Of a stretch of 64,000 nt of DNA, positions 39,625 to 52,300 are shown one piece after another. Below the pieces are notes generated by a model. That model was not told the DNA's origin and searched no databases. It was given only the letters and a program-made list of their open reading frames with translations. Within the stretch, counting starts at the first letter, position 1. Every line of letters begins with the position of its first letter. The translations under genes and the position numbers were made by a program. This stretch comes from Methanobacteriota archaeon (GTDB lineage Archaea > Thermoplasmatota > Thermoplasmata > SG8-5 > JAGLSY01): assembly GCA_020696385.1 (NCBI GenBank), contig JAEHCQ010000001.1, positions 96,001-160,000 of the forward strand. The letters are read 5' to 3'.

Positions 39625-39924
39625 AAGCCCCATTCTGTTTCTAAGCAGCATTCAACTACGCGTCCTACCAAATTTGGACTTGCACCGAATGGGAGTCGCC
39701 GTTTCATCATTTCCAAACCTTCGTAGCTCAGGGTCAACACCCATCATCGCTCCAGCCCGGCTGTGTCGTTTCTGCGCCCTTGCCATGCCTCTAAGCATAC
39801 CGGCTTGAACCGGTCATTCATGTTTCACCCAAGATCACCGAAATGACTCAGGTGGGAGTGGGGACTTTCCTCGGTTGACTCAGGCGAACCTGAGTCCCCG
39901 TTAGCTGCTCACCTTCTCCTGGCA
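39608..39924 (-). ncRNA. rnpB: Archaeal RNase P RNA (~317 nt)
   Basis: The minus strand has the universal GAGGAAAGUCC (39872-39862) and ACAGAAUGGGGCUUA motifs forming P4. P1: UGCCAGGAGAAGGU / ACCUCCACCUGGCA. P2: AGCAGC / GCUGCU. P3: GACUCAGG-UUCG-CCUGAGUC. P8: ACCGGU-UCAA-GCCGGU. P9: AUGCUU-AG-AGGCAU. CAGAAA and UGAAA T-loop regions are present. P15: GUCC-AAAUUUGGUA-GGAC. Confidence 0.96.
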
Positions 39925-39945
39925 TATATCCATTACCCGGGAGGA

Positions 39946-39959
39946 TTATAACCCTTTCG
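39946..39959 (-). promoter_or_regulatory. BRE + TATA promoter of rnpB
   Basis: Minus strand CGAAAGGG-TTATAA, with the TATA box 22-27 nt upstream of the P1 5' end. Confidence 0.8.
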
Positions 39960-40152
39960 GTTGGGGGACATGATAATCACTGGCCAAGCCATATCATTCA
40001 CAATTATACGAGATAGGCTATGATCGAATCCAATACTAATCATATGCTAATACCTAAATAACCTATACCTGTATTGGCAATAGTAATTTGTAACAATTAA
40101 ACTATTCATATTAACATTAACATACTCTTAAAGTAGTATTTGTGATAATGTA

Positions 40153-40166
40153 GAAACTATTATAAA
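40153..40166 (+). promoter_or_regulatory. Candidate BRE + TATA promoter for the 4903-aa gene
   Basis: GAAACTA-TTATAAA about 160 bp upstream of the ATG; strong RBS GAGGTGGA at 40317-40324. Confidence 0.5.
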
Positions 40167-40327
40167 CATATATCTTATTTGTATGTTATATAGAAAAAGT
40201 GGGCCAGGGGGGCATATTGAGATAAATTTGAGGGGTATAGTAGCATTTTCTATGTTGACCTTATTTTTATTAACTGAGTGAGCCTAACAAAATACTCCTG
40301 CCTCATTGCAAAAAAAGAGGTGGAGAC

Positions 40328-43300
40328 ATGAAATACGCTCATAGCAGAAAGAGTAGTGTGGTAGCTTGCAGAATTTTGGCAATTTTCCTAATGATATCTT
40401 TGATATCCCCAGGAATAGCCTCTGCGTCTAACAGTCTGATGGGGAATGATATCACTTCCCAGGGTCTGGTAGATATTGAACCAGTTATTAACGGAATGGT
40501 CACTAATGATCATGATGCCGATGATGGGGGTGCTAGTCTATTCGGTGCCATAGGCGATACAACGAACTTTGATCACGATATCGAGGTTTCCAATATATTG
40601 TCTCCTGCGGATGCAGGGGTCTATCCCACGGATGCCGTCGAGATCAATGCCACCATAAAAAATCTAGGGATAGAAGAATCCTTTGATGTCAGGTATGAAG
40701 TCGGATATTATGATAATGCCAATACCATCTTTTTCCAGGATGATATGGAGGGGGGCAACAATGGATGGTCCCACTATGGATTCGGTGATGAATGGGAACG
40801 GGGATATCCTTCTGCTGGCCCAGGGTCTGCACATTCGGGCTTCAATTGCTGGGGAACTGACCTCAATTCATATTATTCAAATAATGCAGATCAATGGCTG
40901 GTGTCTCCATCCATCGATCTGACAGCTACAAGCACTGCCACCCTGTCCTTCTGGATGTATGTCAATATTGAGGGATATGTTTGGGATCATGCTTACGTGT
41001 ACATAAATGACGGTGTGGATCATCAACTATATTACTCTGGCACAGGCTCTGGACCACATAACACAGCATGGCAATATTACGAGTACGATGTCTCAGCTTA
41101 CACTGGAGGCATGGTCACCTTGAAATGGAGACTGGATACTGATTCAAGTGTCACTTATACAGGGGTGTATGTGGACGATGTGACCATAAATACCACCATG
41201 GACTCAAAGGTCATACTGCAAGAAGGAATAGAATCTGTTTCCAATCTTCCGGCTGGCGAATCCATGAATTTATTCGGTAGTTCTTACACTTTCACCACAG
41301 AAGGTGATAATTTCTACATGGATGTCGAGTCCCTATTGGCCTCAGACCAGGATACTTCAAATGATATAATGACAGCAAATTATACAATAGCCGATATTCA
41401 TGATGTTGGAGTATCTTCGATAAACTATCCAGAGAATGGAGAGCTTTACCCTATCGGTATGCAGGCGGTGAATGCCACAGTGATCAATAGTGGGACATTA
41501 ACAGAGAGCTTCCTGGTCCAGTGTACGATAAGAGATTCCTCCTATGCAATAGTATACTCGGATACAGAGAGTGTGACAGGAATGCCCTATGGCACAGAAT
41601 CAATAGTGACCTTCGCCCCTCAATGGAATGCCCTTGTAGAAGATGATTACACTATTGAGGTCATGACCATATTGGGCACTGATGAAGATCCATCCAATAA
41701 CAATCTGACAGGATCATTCACCATCGAGGATATAGAAGATGTTGGAACATCCGCTCTTAGATCTCCTGAAATAGGCAATTTCTACCGCGATGGAGCAGTG
41801 GAAATAGATGCTTCCGTGATCAATCACGGCAATGTTCCCCGATCCTTCATAACGAACTACACTATTGGCACAGCGACTGTGACAAATCAGAACATTTTCG
41901 TGGATGACTTTGAATCTGGAGCAATAGGCTGGACTCAAACCGGGGGTATACAGGGACAAAATACAATTGTGGATGAAAATTTTGATGGATCATTCCCTCC
42001 CGCTGGATGGAACGTTATAGATTATCAGGGCTGGGGAATGACCTGGTACCGGAATGATATGGTGGGTAGTGCTAATTATGCAGGAACTGGATTCTGCGCA
42101 GATGCAGACAGCAGTGCCTTGTGGGGGCCTGGAGTTAATACAGGTCTGAGAACACCAAGCTTCAATTTGGTAGGCTACACAGATGCGACCCTGAATTTCT
42201 CACATTCCTACCTTGACTTTACAATAGGGACTGGAGATTATGCAGAGGTCCGTGTGAGCACAAACGGCGGGTTCAGCTGGAGCCAGATAGCGTATTACAA
42301 TGAGCAGCATTCTCCTTTTGGACCCGGTGAAGCTGTAAGCTTAAGCCTCAATGCCTTCCTAGGCCAGCCAAGTGTCACAGTGGAATTTCATTATGATGAT
42401 TATTCATGGGATTTCTGGTGGATGGTCGATGATGTCGAAATAATTGGAACCAGTGCTATGTCCCCTCAATGGCAATTGGGTGCTCCGGCCTTCGGAGATG
42501 TCACAAATGCCCACGGCGGTACAAATTGCTGGGGAACAGATCTCATAGATAATTATTATCCAGATATGTCAGCCACACTTACCAGCCCGAGCTTCAGTCT
42601 TAGTGGCACTAGCAATGAGCGCCTTTCATTCTGGCACACTCACGACTTCTACAATACAGAAGCAGGTGGGATCGTGGAGGTATCGGTTGATAACCTACCA
42701 TGGGTGAAAATAGACCCAATAGCGGGCGATTCATGGTACTCGACAAGCAATGCCTTCAGTGGTGCAGATGCTTTCACAGGAGACACATACCAGGATTGGT
42801 ATCAATCCACCTATGACATGACCCCTTTCAATGGCAGTAACAATGTTCGCTTGCGATTCAGTTTCCAATCCACATCAAATATAGCCTGTCATGAGGGATG
42901 GTATATCGACGATGTAATGGTTACTGGCGAGATAATTTCTCTCAATAATATCATTGGTTGGGGAGATGAAATGGTCTCCAACTTGCAACCAGGAGAAGAA
43001 GTGGATGTATTCGGTAATTCCCACATCTTCACCAGTGAGGGAATGTACCACATCGAGGTAAAGACATTGCTGGCCTCAGATGAGGATAACAGTAATGATA
43101 TCATCAGTGGTTTCTTTGAGATCAAGAATGTCTTCGATGTAGGAGCGAGTGTCATAAATTCACCAGCAATTGGTGTAGCCTACCCAGTGGGAGCATTGGA
43201 GATAAATGGAACAGTGACTAATTTCGGGAATGTTCCAGCCAGCTTCATAACCAATTATACAATAGGATCCATGAATGTCACATCCAATATCCTATATTCC

Positions 43301-46300
43301 GATGATCTTGATTCGGGAGCGCTCGGATGGTGGACGTCTGATGGAGGGAATGAAGTCATTTATAATGAAGAGGGCAGCGGTACTGACTCGAGCAATTGGT
43401 ACTCAACACCTGGCGATGATCTATTCATATCTGCAGGAGATGGATTCTGTTATGATGTTAGTAGTACTACAGGGGATGGCATTTCATTATACTCATCCGG
43501 GAATTTCATCACATTCGACCTCTCCGGGAATGCTGGGGCTGTTTTGGATATGTCACTGGACGCTTACTTATTCTATGGAACGTCATCCAGAGTGAAATAT
43601 CTGGGAGTTTACGGGGGCTCAACTCCAGCAACATCATCTTTGATAGATGCCTCCAGCGCATATACAGTCTCCAATTCTGGATCAACTATTAGCTGGGATA
43701 ATATCAATATACCGTCATCTCCGTATTATATCAAAATTCTGGTAGGATTCCCCTCCAGCCTTAACACTTTTGCTTTTGATAACTACACATTCAAATTAAC
43801 TCAGCCAGGCTCTAGCTTTGAGATCGGAGCTCCATCATATGGAGATATCACAAATGCCAATAGCGGCGCAAATTGCTGGGGAACCGATCTTACAAGCAAT
43901 TATGTTCCGGACACCACCTGCAAGGTCACCTCACCAGCCTTCGATCTTTCCACAGGAACTGACAATGAAAAACTCAGTTTCTGGCATACACATGATTTCT
44001 ATAGCAGTGAAGGCGGTGGTATCGTGGAGATATCAACAGATAATTCCACATGGACCAAGGTCGATCCGATAGCAGGCGATACATGGTATTCCACAAGCAA
44101 TGCTTTCAGTGGTGCAGATGCATTCACAGGAGATACATATCGAGATTGGTACCAATCCACCTTTGATCTGAGCCCCTTCAGTGGCAATAGTGATGTACGC
44201 GCACGTTTCACTTTCCAATCCTCATCAGATCCAACATGCAATGAAGGATGGTACATCGATGACATCGTGGTAACTGGCGATATCATTGTTTTAAGCAGTA
44301 TCATTGATTGGGGAGACCAAATGGTATCCAACCTTCAGCCGGGAGAAGGTATCAATGTCTTTGGCAACACCTACACATTCACCAGCGAGGACACATATTA
44401 CATCCAGATGAATACACAGCTGGCAACTGATGAAGATAATACAAACGATCAGGTGGATGGATTCTTTTTGATAGATAATTTATACGATGTGGGAGTAGTT
44501 TCCATAGATTCACCACTTGATGGTGGAGTATACGGCGCATTATCAGTACCGATAGAAGCCACTGTTGAGAACTATGGTAATGTTCCAGTTAGCTTCATAA
44601 CAAACTACACATTAGGAAATTACACACTTGATGAGATCTCGATACTAGAAGATGATTTCGAAGCTGGAGCCCCAGGTTGGGTTGCTACCGGAGGGATCAT
44701 GGCCTTTGATGAATCGGATATTCAAGTGATATCTTTCCCCACCTTCAGTTCTGTACCAACTAACCATCCTTTCACATTTACATATCCAGCCACCGGCGCT
44801 GGAACCATATATCTCGACGCAAAGGATGGGGATTTTGATTCTACAGCCGAGTACATAGATGTATGGGCGGAGACCACGACCGGAACATATATTGGCCGGG
44901 GTCAGATCGGAGCGCAGAATAATCCCAACTGGATGCCCACAACGCCTCATTCGTGGACCGTGTCAGCAGCACAGATCAATGCATGGGGAGCAAGTGGGAC
45001 GATCAATATCGTATGCTCTTTTTCCTCAGGGGTCAATGACCTTGGAGGAGACAATGAGGTGAGAATAAGACTCACCTATCCCTCAGCGGTCACACCATGG
45101 GAACTCGGAGTGCCTTTCAACCAGGATATAACTTCAGCTAATAGCGGAACAAATTGCTGGGGTACGGATCTGACAGCGAATTACATATCAGACAGCGAGG
45201 TCACACTCACATCACCAAGCTTTGACCTAACTCCAAGTATGATGAACGAAGAGCTCAGCTTCTGGCACTCACATGATTTCTATAATACAGAGGCTGGGGG
45301 TGTGGTCGAGATATCCACTGACCCAGCACACACCACCTGGACAAAGATAGATCCGATAGCTGGAGATTCCTATTACAATTCATGCAATGCCTTTTCCGGA
45401 GGTACTGCCTTCACAGGTGATACTTATCGGGACTGGTATCAATCAACATTCGATCTGAGCGCGTACAGGAGCTACAATGATATCCAGATACGATTCAATT
45501 TCAAATCATCGACCTCGGCCACATGCCATGAAGGATGGTTCATTGACGATGTGAACATCACAGGGGTTGCCTTGGTAGGCATGAATGTACTGGACACCAA
45601 AGACGAAATGGTTGTGAACCTACAGCCAGGAGAACAGTTCAATGTCTTTGGAAATACCTTTAATTTCACAAAAGAGGAATACTATTGGCTCAATGTGGAG
45701 ACCAGACTTGCAAATGATGAGATGAATAGCAATAATTACTCATCATCCTTATTTGAGATCTACAATTACGATGATGTAGAAATTGTCAGTATAGAGCCCT
45801 TTGATCAAAATATCATGTACCCGATCAGTATCTATTCTCCAAATGCCACTATAAGCAATATCGGCAATTACTATGCCTCAGGGTTCAATGTGACCTGCGA
45901 TATAAGAAATGGAATGGGAACCCTGGTCTATTCGGACACGGTGGCCATATCGACCATAATGTTGCCAGGGGAGACACGCACCATCGATTTCCTTGATTGG
46001 AACGCACTCACGGAGACCGACTACATAATGACCATTCATATTGACTACGCCCTGGATGAGGACAGTTCCAATGATGATCTGGCAGTTGGTTTCATAATAG
46101 AAGATGTTTACGATGTGGGAGCTTATGACATAACAGGAATGGTGAATGGTGACACTTACACTACCGGAAGCTATGGCATCTCGACATTGGTAAGGAACTT
46201 CGGTAATATACCTCAACCGAGCTTCGACACAATATGCCAGATAACTGACTCACTTGGCATAACCGTTTACTCCAATATCCAAACAATTGGACTGATGCCG

Positions 46301-49300
46301 GATGAAGAAGCGATGATATCTTTCACTCCAACCTGGGATGCTTTTGTAGAAGGAGTGTACACGATAGATTGCTTCACATTGCTAGCAGGTGATGAGTTCA
46401 ATACAAATAATGGAACCCAGATCACCGTGATAATAAACGATATCTATGATGCCACGGTCTTATCCATCGATTCTCACACAAATGGAGACACTTACCCAAC
46501 TGGCGAACAACGCATAACTGCGAATATCGGTATATTGGGTAATGTGCCAAGCCCTTCTTTCGTGGTGGCGTGTACGGTGACCAGTTCCACCAATAATCAA
46601 GTATACTACGATGAAGAAACTGTTCCAGCAGGACTGTCACCAGGAGCCTTTGTGGATATATTGTTCTCACCTTTCTGGAACGTCAATGTGGAGGACACAT
46701 ACCACATCTCGGTGGAAACCAGATTATTGGGCGATGAAGTACCGACCAATGATCAAATGGACATCATGATATTCATCGACGATATCTACGATCTGGGTAT
46801 TGTTTCAATGGATCCATTTGTCAATAGTGGTTCATACCCGATAGATACATACCAACTAGAGGCGACTGTACAGAATCTGGGTAATGTTCCAACATCTGGA
46901 TTCGAGGAAGTGTATTTCGAGATCCAAGATGACATGGGCATACCTTTGTACAACAATACGGTAATGATAGGAAGCGGACTGCTCCCAGGAGATACTGAGA
47001 CCATTGTCGTTTGCCCTGAATGGAATGCCTCGATCGAAGGCATCTATTACCAGTATGCCACAACGACAATGGCAATAGACCACAACACAGCGAATGACGA
47101 TATGCTCATATGGATGGAGATAGACGATGTGCTGGATCTGGAGGTCACTTCTATTGATACTTTTACCAATGCTGGCACTTATCCAGGAGGAAGTTACACC
47201 ATAAATGCCACACTGTCCAATTTGGGACATCTGGATATCATGAACCAATTGGTGGAATGCAAGGTCGCTTCTTCCAGTGGAACGGTCGTCTACACAAGCC
47301 AATACACATTACCTTCTCTGGCTGCAGGGAATTCAACCCAGATAACCTTCACACCAGACTGGGCGATCAATATCGAAGACACCTACATCGTGCAGGTCTG
47401 GACAGCCCTCACTGGCGATGAGAACCCAGGTAATGATCTGAGAAGCATGGTGATATATCTGGACAATCTACACGATGCAGAGGCATTGTCCATAGAGACC
47501 TTCATCGATGGAGGGGTGTATTATGCAGATTCATACTTTGTGAACGGCACTATCTGGAACAATGGTAATGTACCCATATCGGGATTTGATGTTTCTGTCA
47601 CTGTGATCGACTCATCCAATACCCAGGTCTATTACTCCACGACCACGATCTCATCCCTTCTATTGCCAGGAGAGAATGCCAATGTCTCGATCCAGCCAGC
47701 CTGGATACCGACTCAGCCAGATACATACAGGATCAAACTGAGGACCACCCTATCGGGCGATGAAGTCCCTTCGAACGATGAGATAGAATACATGATTCAG
47801 ATCGAAGGACATGATGTGGGAGCCATAGATATTCCTGGCTTCACAAACAATGCCACATACAATACTGGAACCTATCAGGTAGATGGGATAATCAAGAACT
47901 TCGGAAGCTTGCAGGAGAATGATGTGGGAGTCACATGCGATGTACGAGACTCCACTAATGCCATAGTGTTCACGACCACTCACATTATACCATCCATCAA
48001 CCCAAGTGAGGAAGTGGCATTTACTTTTGCGACGAACTGGACAGTGGCGATCGAGGATACATACACCATAGAGGTCTTCACCACACTGAACTATGACCTT
48101 ATCACCATTAATGATCTAACATCCAGATCGATCATCATAGATGATCTCCATGATATCGCGGTCATATCCAGCGCCCCCTTCGTAGAAGGAGGTACTTATT
48201 CGGCAGGCACATACTCGATAAATGTCACCCTGGACAATCTGGGAGACATAGATGAGGCCAATGTACTGGTAAACTGCACTATCGTAGACTCACTCAGTAC
48301 CATCGTTTACAGCTCGGAGTTCACAATACCATCAATATCCAACATGCAGACCATATCCTTCACACCCGACTGGAATGCCATGATACTGGATGATTACACA
48401 ATGACAATATCGGTTATATTCCCGACAGATGAGAATGCGGCAAATGACATACTCACTGTCAACTTCACTATCGGTATTTATCACGATATTGCCATGATCG
48501 GAACCCCCACCTTCCTTGATGGAGGGATCTATCCAACTGGTTCATATGCCATGAAAGCGGTCATTGAGAATATTGGAACCGAAACAGAGTCGCCTGTTTT
48601 CATAGCCTGTGAGATATTTGACTCGAGTAACACTTCAGTATATATGAGCCTGGGAGGAGTGGGGATCGTCAATTCTGGTGATCAGGCAGAGGCCACTATC
48701 GGCCTTATATGGAATGCACTGATAGAAGGAGATTATACCATCAAACTTGATGCGATCCTACCCACGGATCAGAATATGGCCAATAATCAGTTCATCATAA
48801 GCATATCAATAGATGATAAGCATGATATCGCGGTGACTGATATCCAAACCTTCCTTGATGGAGGAATCTACAGCACTGGCACCTACACTATAAATGCCAC
48901 CGTGGAAAATGCAGGAACCTCTCTGGAAAACAATATCATGGTCAACTGTACCATCAGAGATTCGTTGAATGTGATTGTGTATTCGTCAGAATACACAATC
49001 ACATCAATGGACTGGGGAACCAGCATGGACATAATTTTCCTACCTAACTGGACAGCGAATATTGAGGAAGATTATACGATCAGCGTCACTTCATATCTCG
49101 CCATCGATGATGACAATACCAATAATCAGACCCTGAACACCTTCACCATCGATGAATTCCACGATATCGTGGTAACTGGCATGGGTCCCTTCACAGAAGG
49201 AAGCTCATACAATCAGGGTGATTACAACATAACAGCCGACATAGTCAATAATGGATCTATAGAGGATACGAATATCCTGATCAACTGCACCGTGACTGAC

Positions 49301-52300
49301 GGAATTGGCACCATCGTTTATTGGGATGAAGTAACTGTAGCCTCCTTGCTTTCCGGAGAGAATACCACAGTGACCTTCCTGCCATGGACTGCTGATTCGG
49401 AAGATAATTTCACGATTACCATAACCTCATCCCTGGCCAATGATGATAATACCATCAATGATGTAATGGCATGCCATATCGTCATTGATGATTATCACGA
49501 TATAGCATTGACTGGCTTCGGACCTTTCATTGACGGTGGCGTATACCAGACAGGGACGAATACCATGACCGCCTCGATAACGAACATGGGCACTATCGCG
49601 GAGATCGATATCACTGTAAATTGCATAATTTATGATTCCACGATGTCCATTGTGTATTTCAGAAATTCATTCATACCTCTCATCAATCCCGGCCAGACGA
49701 TCATCGTGACCTTCAGCCCGGATTGGACAGCGAATATTGAGGATGATTATAGGATATATTATGAATGCTGGCATCCACTGGATGATGATCCAACAAATGA
49801 TATTGAAAATATCTACATAACCGTGGATGAGTACCATGATATTGGTCTTACGACCACGCAACCTTTTGCAGATCTCGGAGTTTATCCAGCTGGAACCTAC
49901 ACGATCGATGTGTCAATAGAGAATTTGGGAACTATCGACGAGTACGGCATGGAAGTTGTGTGCATGATCATCGATTCTTCCAGTGGTGTTGTTTACAGCC
50001 AGAACCTGACGATCGCCTTCATCGCCATGGGAGATACTATGATAATAACCTTCATTCCAGACTGGATACCATCAGCAGACGATTCCTACACGCTGATAGC
50101 CACCGTGGGACTGGCCAATGATGAGAACATTATCAATGACCAGCACTCCACCCTGTTCTACATAGACATGACACCACCCACTGCAGATCCAGGACCTGAT
50201 GATTTCACCTTTGAGGATTCCATATATTTCTTCGATGGCACAGGCTCCTATGATCAACATGGTATCATGAATTACACATGGGACTTCGGAGATGGACAGA
50301 TCGGATATGGGCCAGCACCAGATCACACATATTCCCTCCAGGGCATCTACTTCATCAATCTGACAGTGGCTGATGCCATGGGATTGACAGACACGAATAT
50401 GATGACCCTCATGGTCAATAATGTGAATCCGACAGCTGATGCTGGAATGGATATATCTATTCCAGAAGGTGATATTGTTAACTTCGACGCTTCAAACTCA
50501 ACTGACACGATATCCGATATACCCACCCTTGTTTACACATGGGACTTCGGGGATGGTAATACATCCAATTTGATGACCCCCGCTCACACATATTATTCTT
50601 CAGGAACCTACATGGTCACCCTGGAGGTCATGGACGATGATGGAGCGATCAGTTATGCTTACATCAATGTGACCGTGATAAATGTGGGACCAATAGCCGT
50701 TCCAGGAGGACCATACATGGATGATGAGGGAACCATCATATCCTTTGACGCTTCGGGATCTTATGAGCCTGGAAGCGACATCATACTCTATGAATGGGAC
50801 TGGAACAATGACGGCATCTATGATGAGAGCTCGGTCGGACCATCAGCGAACCACACATGGTATGCCGCTGGTGTTTACGCCATATCACTGAAGGTCACTG
50901 ATGAGGATGGTCATTCACACGAAACAGGCACCAATGTGACGATAAATGATGTAGCTCCTGTTTCCGTACATGGAGGTCCATACAGCGGAAATGAAGGAAC
51001 TATCATAACCTTCAATGGCAGCAGCTCCTACGAACCAGGTGATGATATCACACTCTATGAATGGGACCTGGACAATGATGGAACATTCGAGACCATCGGC
51101 ATGGAAGTCAGTATGTCCTGGTTCACCGCCGGTGTCTACACGGTCGGACTCAGGGTGACAGACGAGGATGGTTCCTCCGATATTTCCACAACGACCGTGG
51201 ATGTCATTGACGTGGCCCCGGTCGCGATAATAATCGGAGGATCTATAGTGGTGGAGGAAGGAGAATCCATAATACTGGATGGCTCAAATTCCTATGAACC
51301 GGGAGATGATATAATTCTGTATGAATGGGATATGGATAATGATGGAACATTCGATCATACCAGCATCTCACCTCTCTTTGTCAATAATTGGGGCGCTCCT
51401 GGAACCTATACTGTCCTTCTCCAGGTAACGGATGAGGACGGATCGGTAGGTAACGAAACGACCATGATCATCATATCGAATGTGATGCCGATCGCCGATC
51501 CATCTGGACCATACCAGGGATCTGAAGGACAGGCGATCTCATTCAATGCCGGAGCCTCTTATGAGCCTGGTGATGATATAATTCTGTATGAATGGGACTG
51601 GAACAATGACGGGGTATATGATGAGAGCTCGGCAGTTCCAGGTATCACACACCAATGGGACGTCCCAGGAACCTACACCCTGCGCCTCATGGTCACTGAT
51701 GACGATGGTACAACGGACATGGCAATGACAACTGTGGTTGTTCATAATGTGGCTCCGATCCCAGTTCCTGGCGGACCTTATTCTGATCTTGAAGGAGCGG
51801 CGATTGTCTTTGATGCCAGTGGTTCCATCGAGCCAGGTGATGACATACTGCTCTATGAGTGGGACTTTGACAATGATGGAATATTTGATTCCATATCCGG
51901 AAGCCCATTATCATCCATGACATGGTATTCGGCAGGGATGTTCAATGTCCTTCTAAGAGTGACAGATGCGGATGGATCCTCGGGTATGGCCACCGTGATG
52001 GTGACCATTTCAGATGTAGCCCCTGTTGCGGTTCTCGGTGGACCTTACACAGGTGATGAAGCATCGTCTGTCATGTTGGATGCTTCGGCATCCTCCGAAA
52101 TAGGCAATGATATCATTCTCTATGAATGGGACTGGAACAATGATGGAACATATGACTTCAGTTCCAGCAACCCATGGGCTGCAAACACATGGTACACCTC
52201 AGGTGCTTACACCGTGTGGCTGAAAGTGACAGATGAGGAAGGATCAATTGATCTGTCTTCAGCAGTGGTGAATGTCAATGATATCGCCCCAACAGCCGAT

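Noticed and set aside
39614-39808. 64-aa plus-strand ORF
   Set aside because: Lies antisense within the RNase P RNA gene.
40700-45560. Immune inhibitor A / M6 metalloprotease call for the NCWGTDL domains
   Set aside because: Only the jelly-roll accessory-type domain is evident; I saw no HExxH catalytic motif.
4500-45770. Diversity-generating retroelement or invertase-driven variation of the adhesin heads
   Set aside because: No reverse transcriptase or recombinase gene, and no template/variable repeat pair differing only at adenines, was seen in the window.
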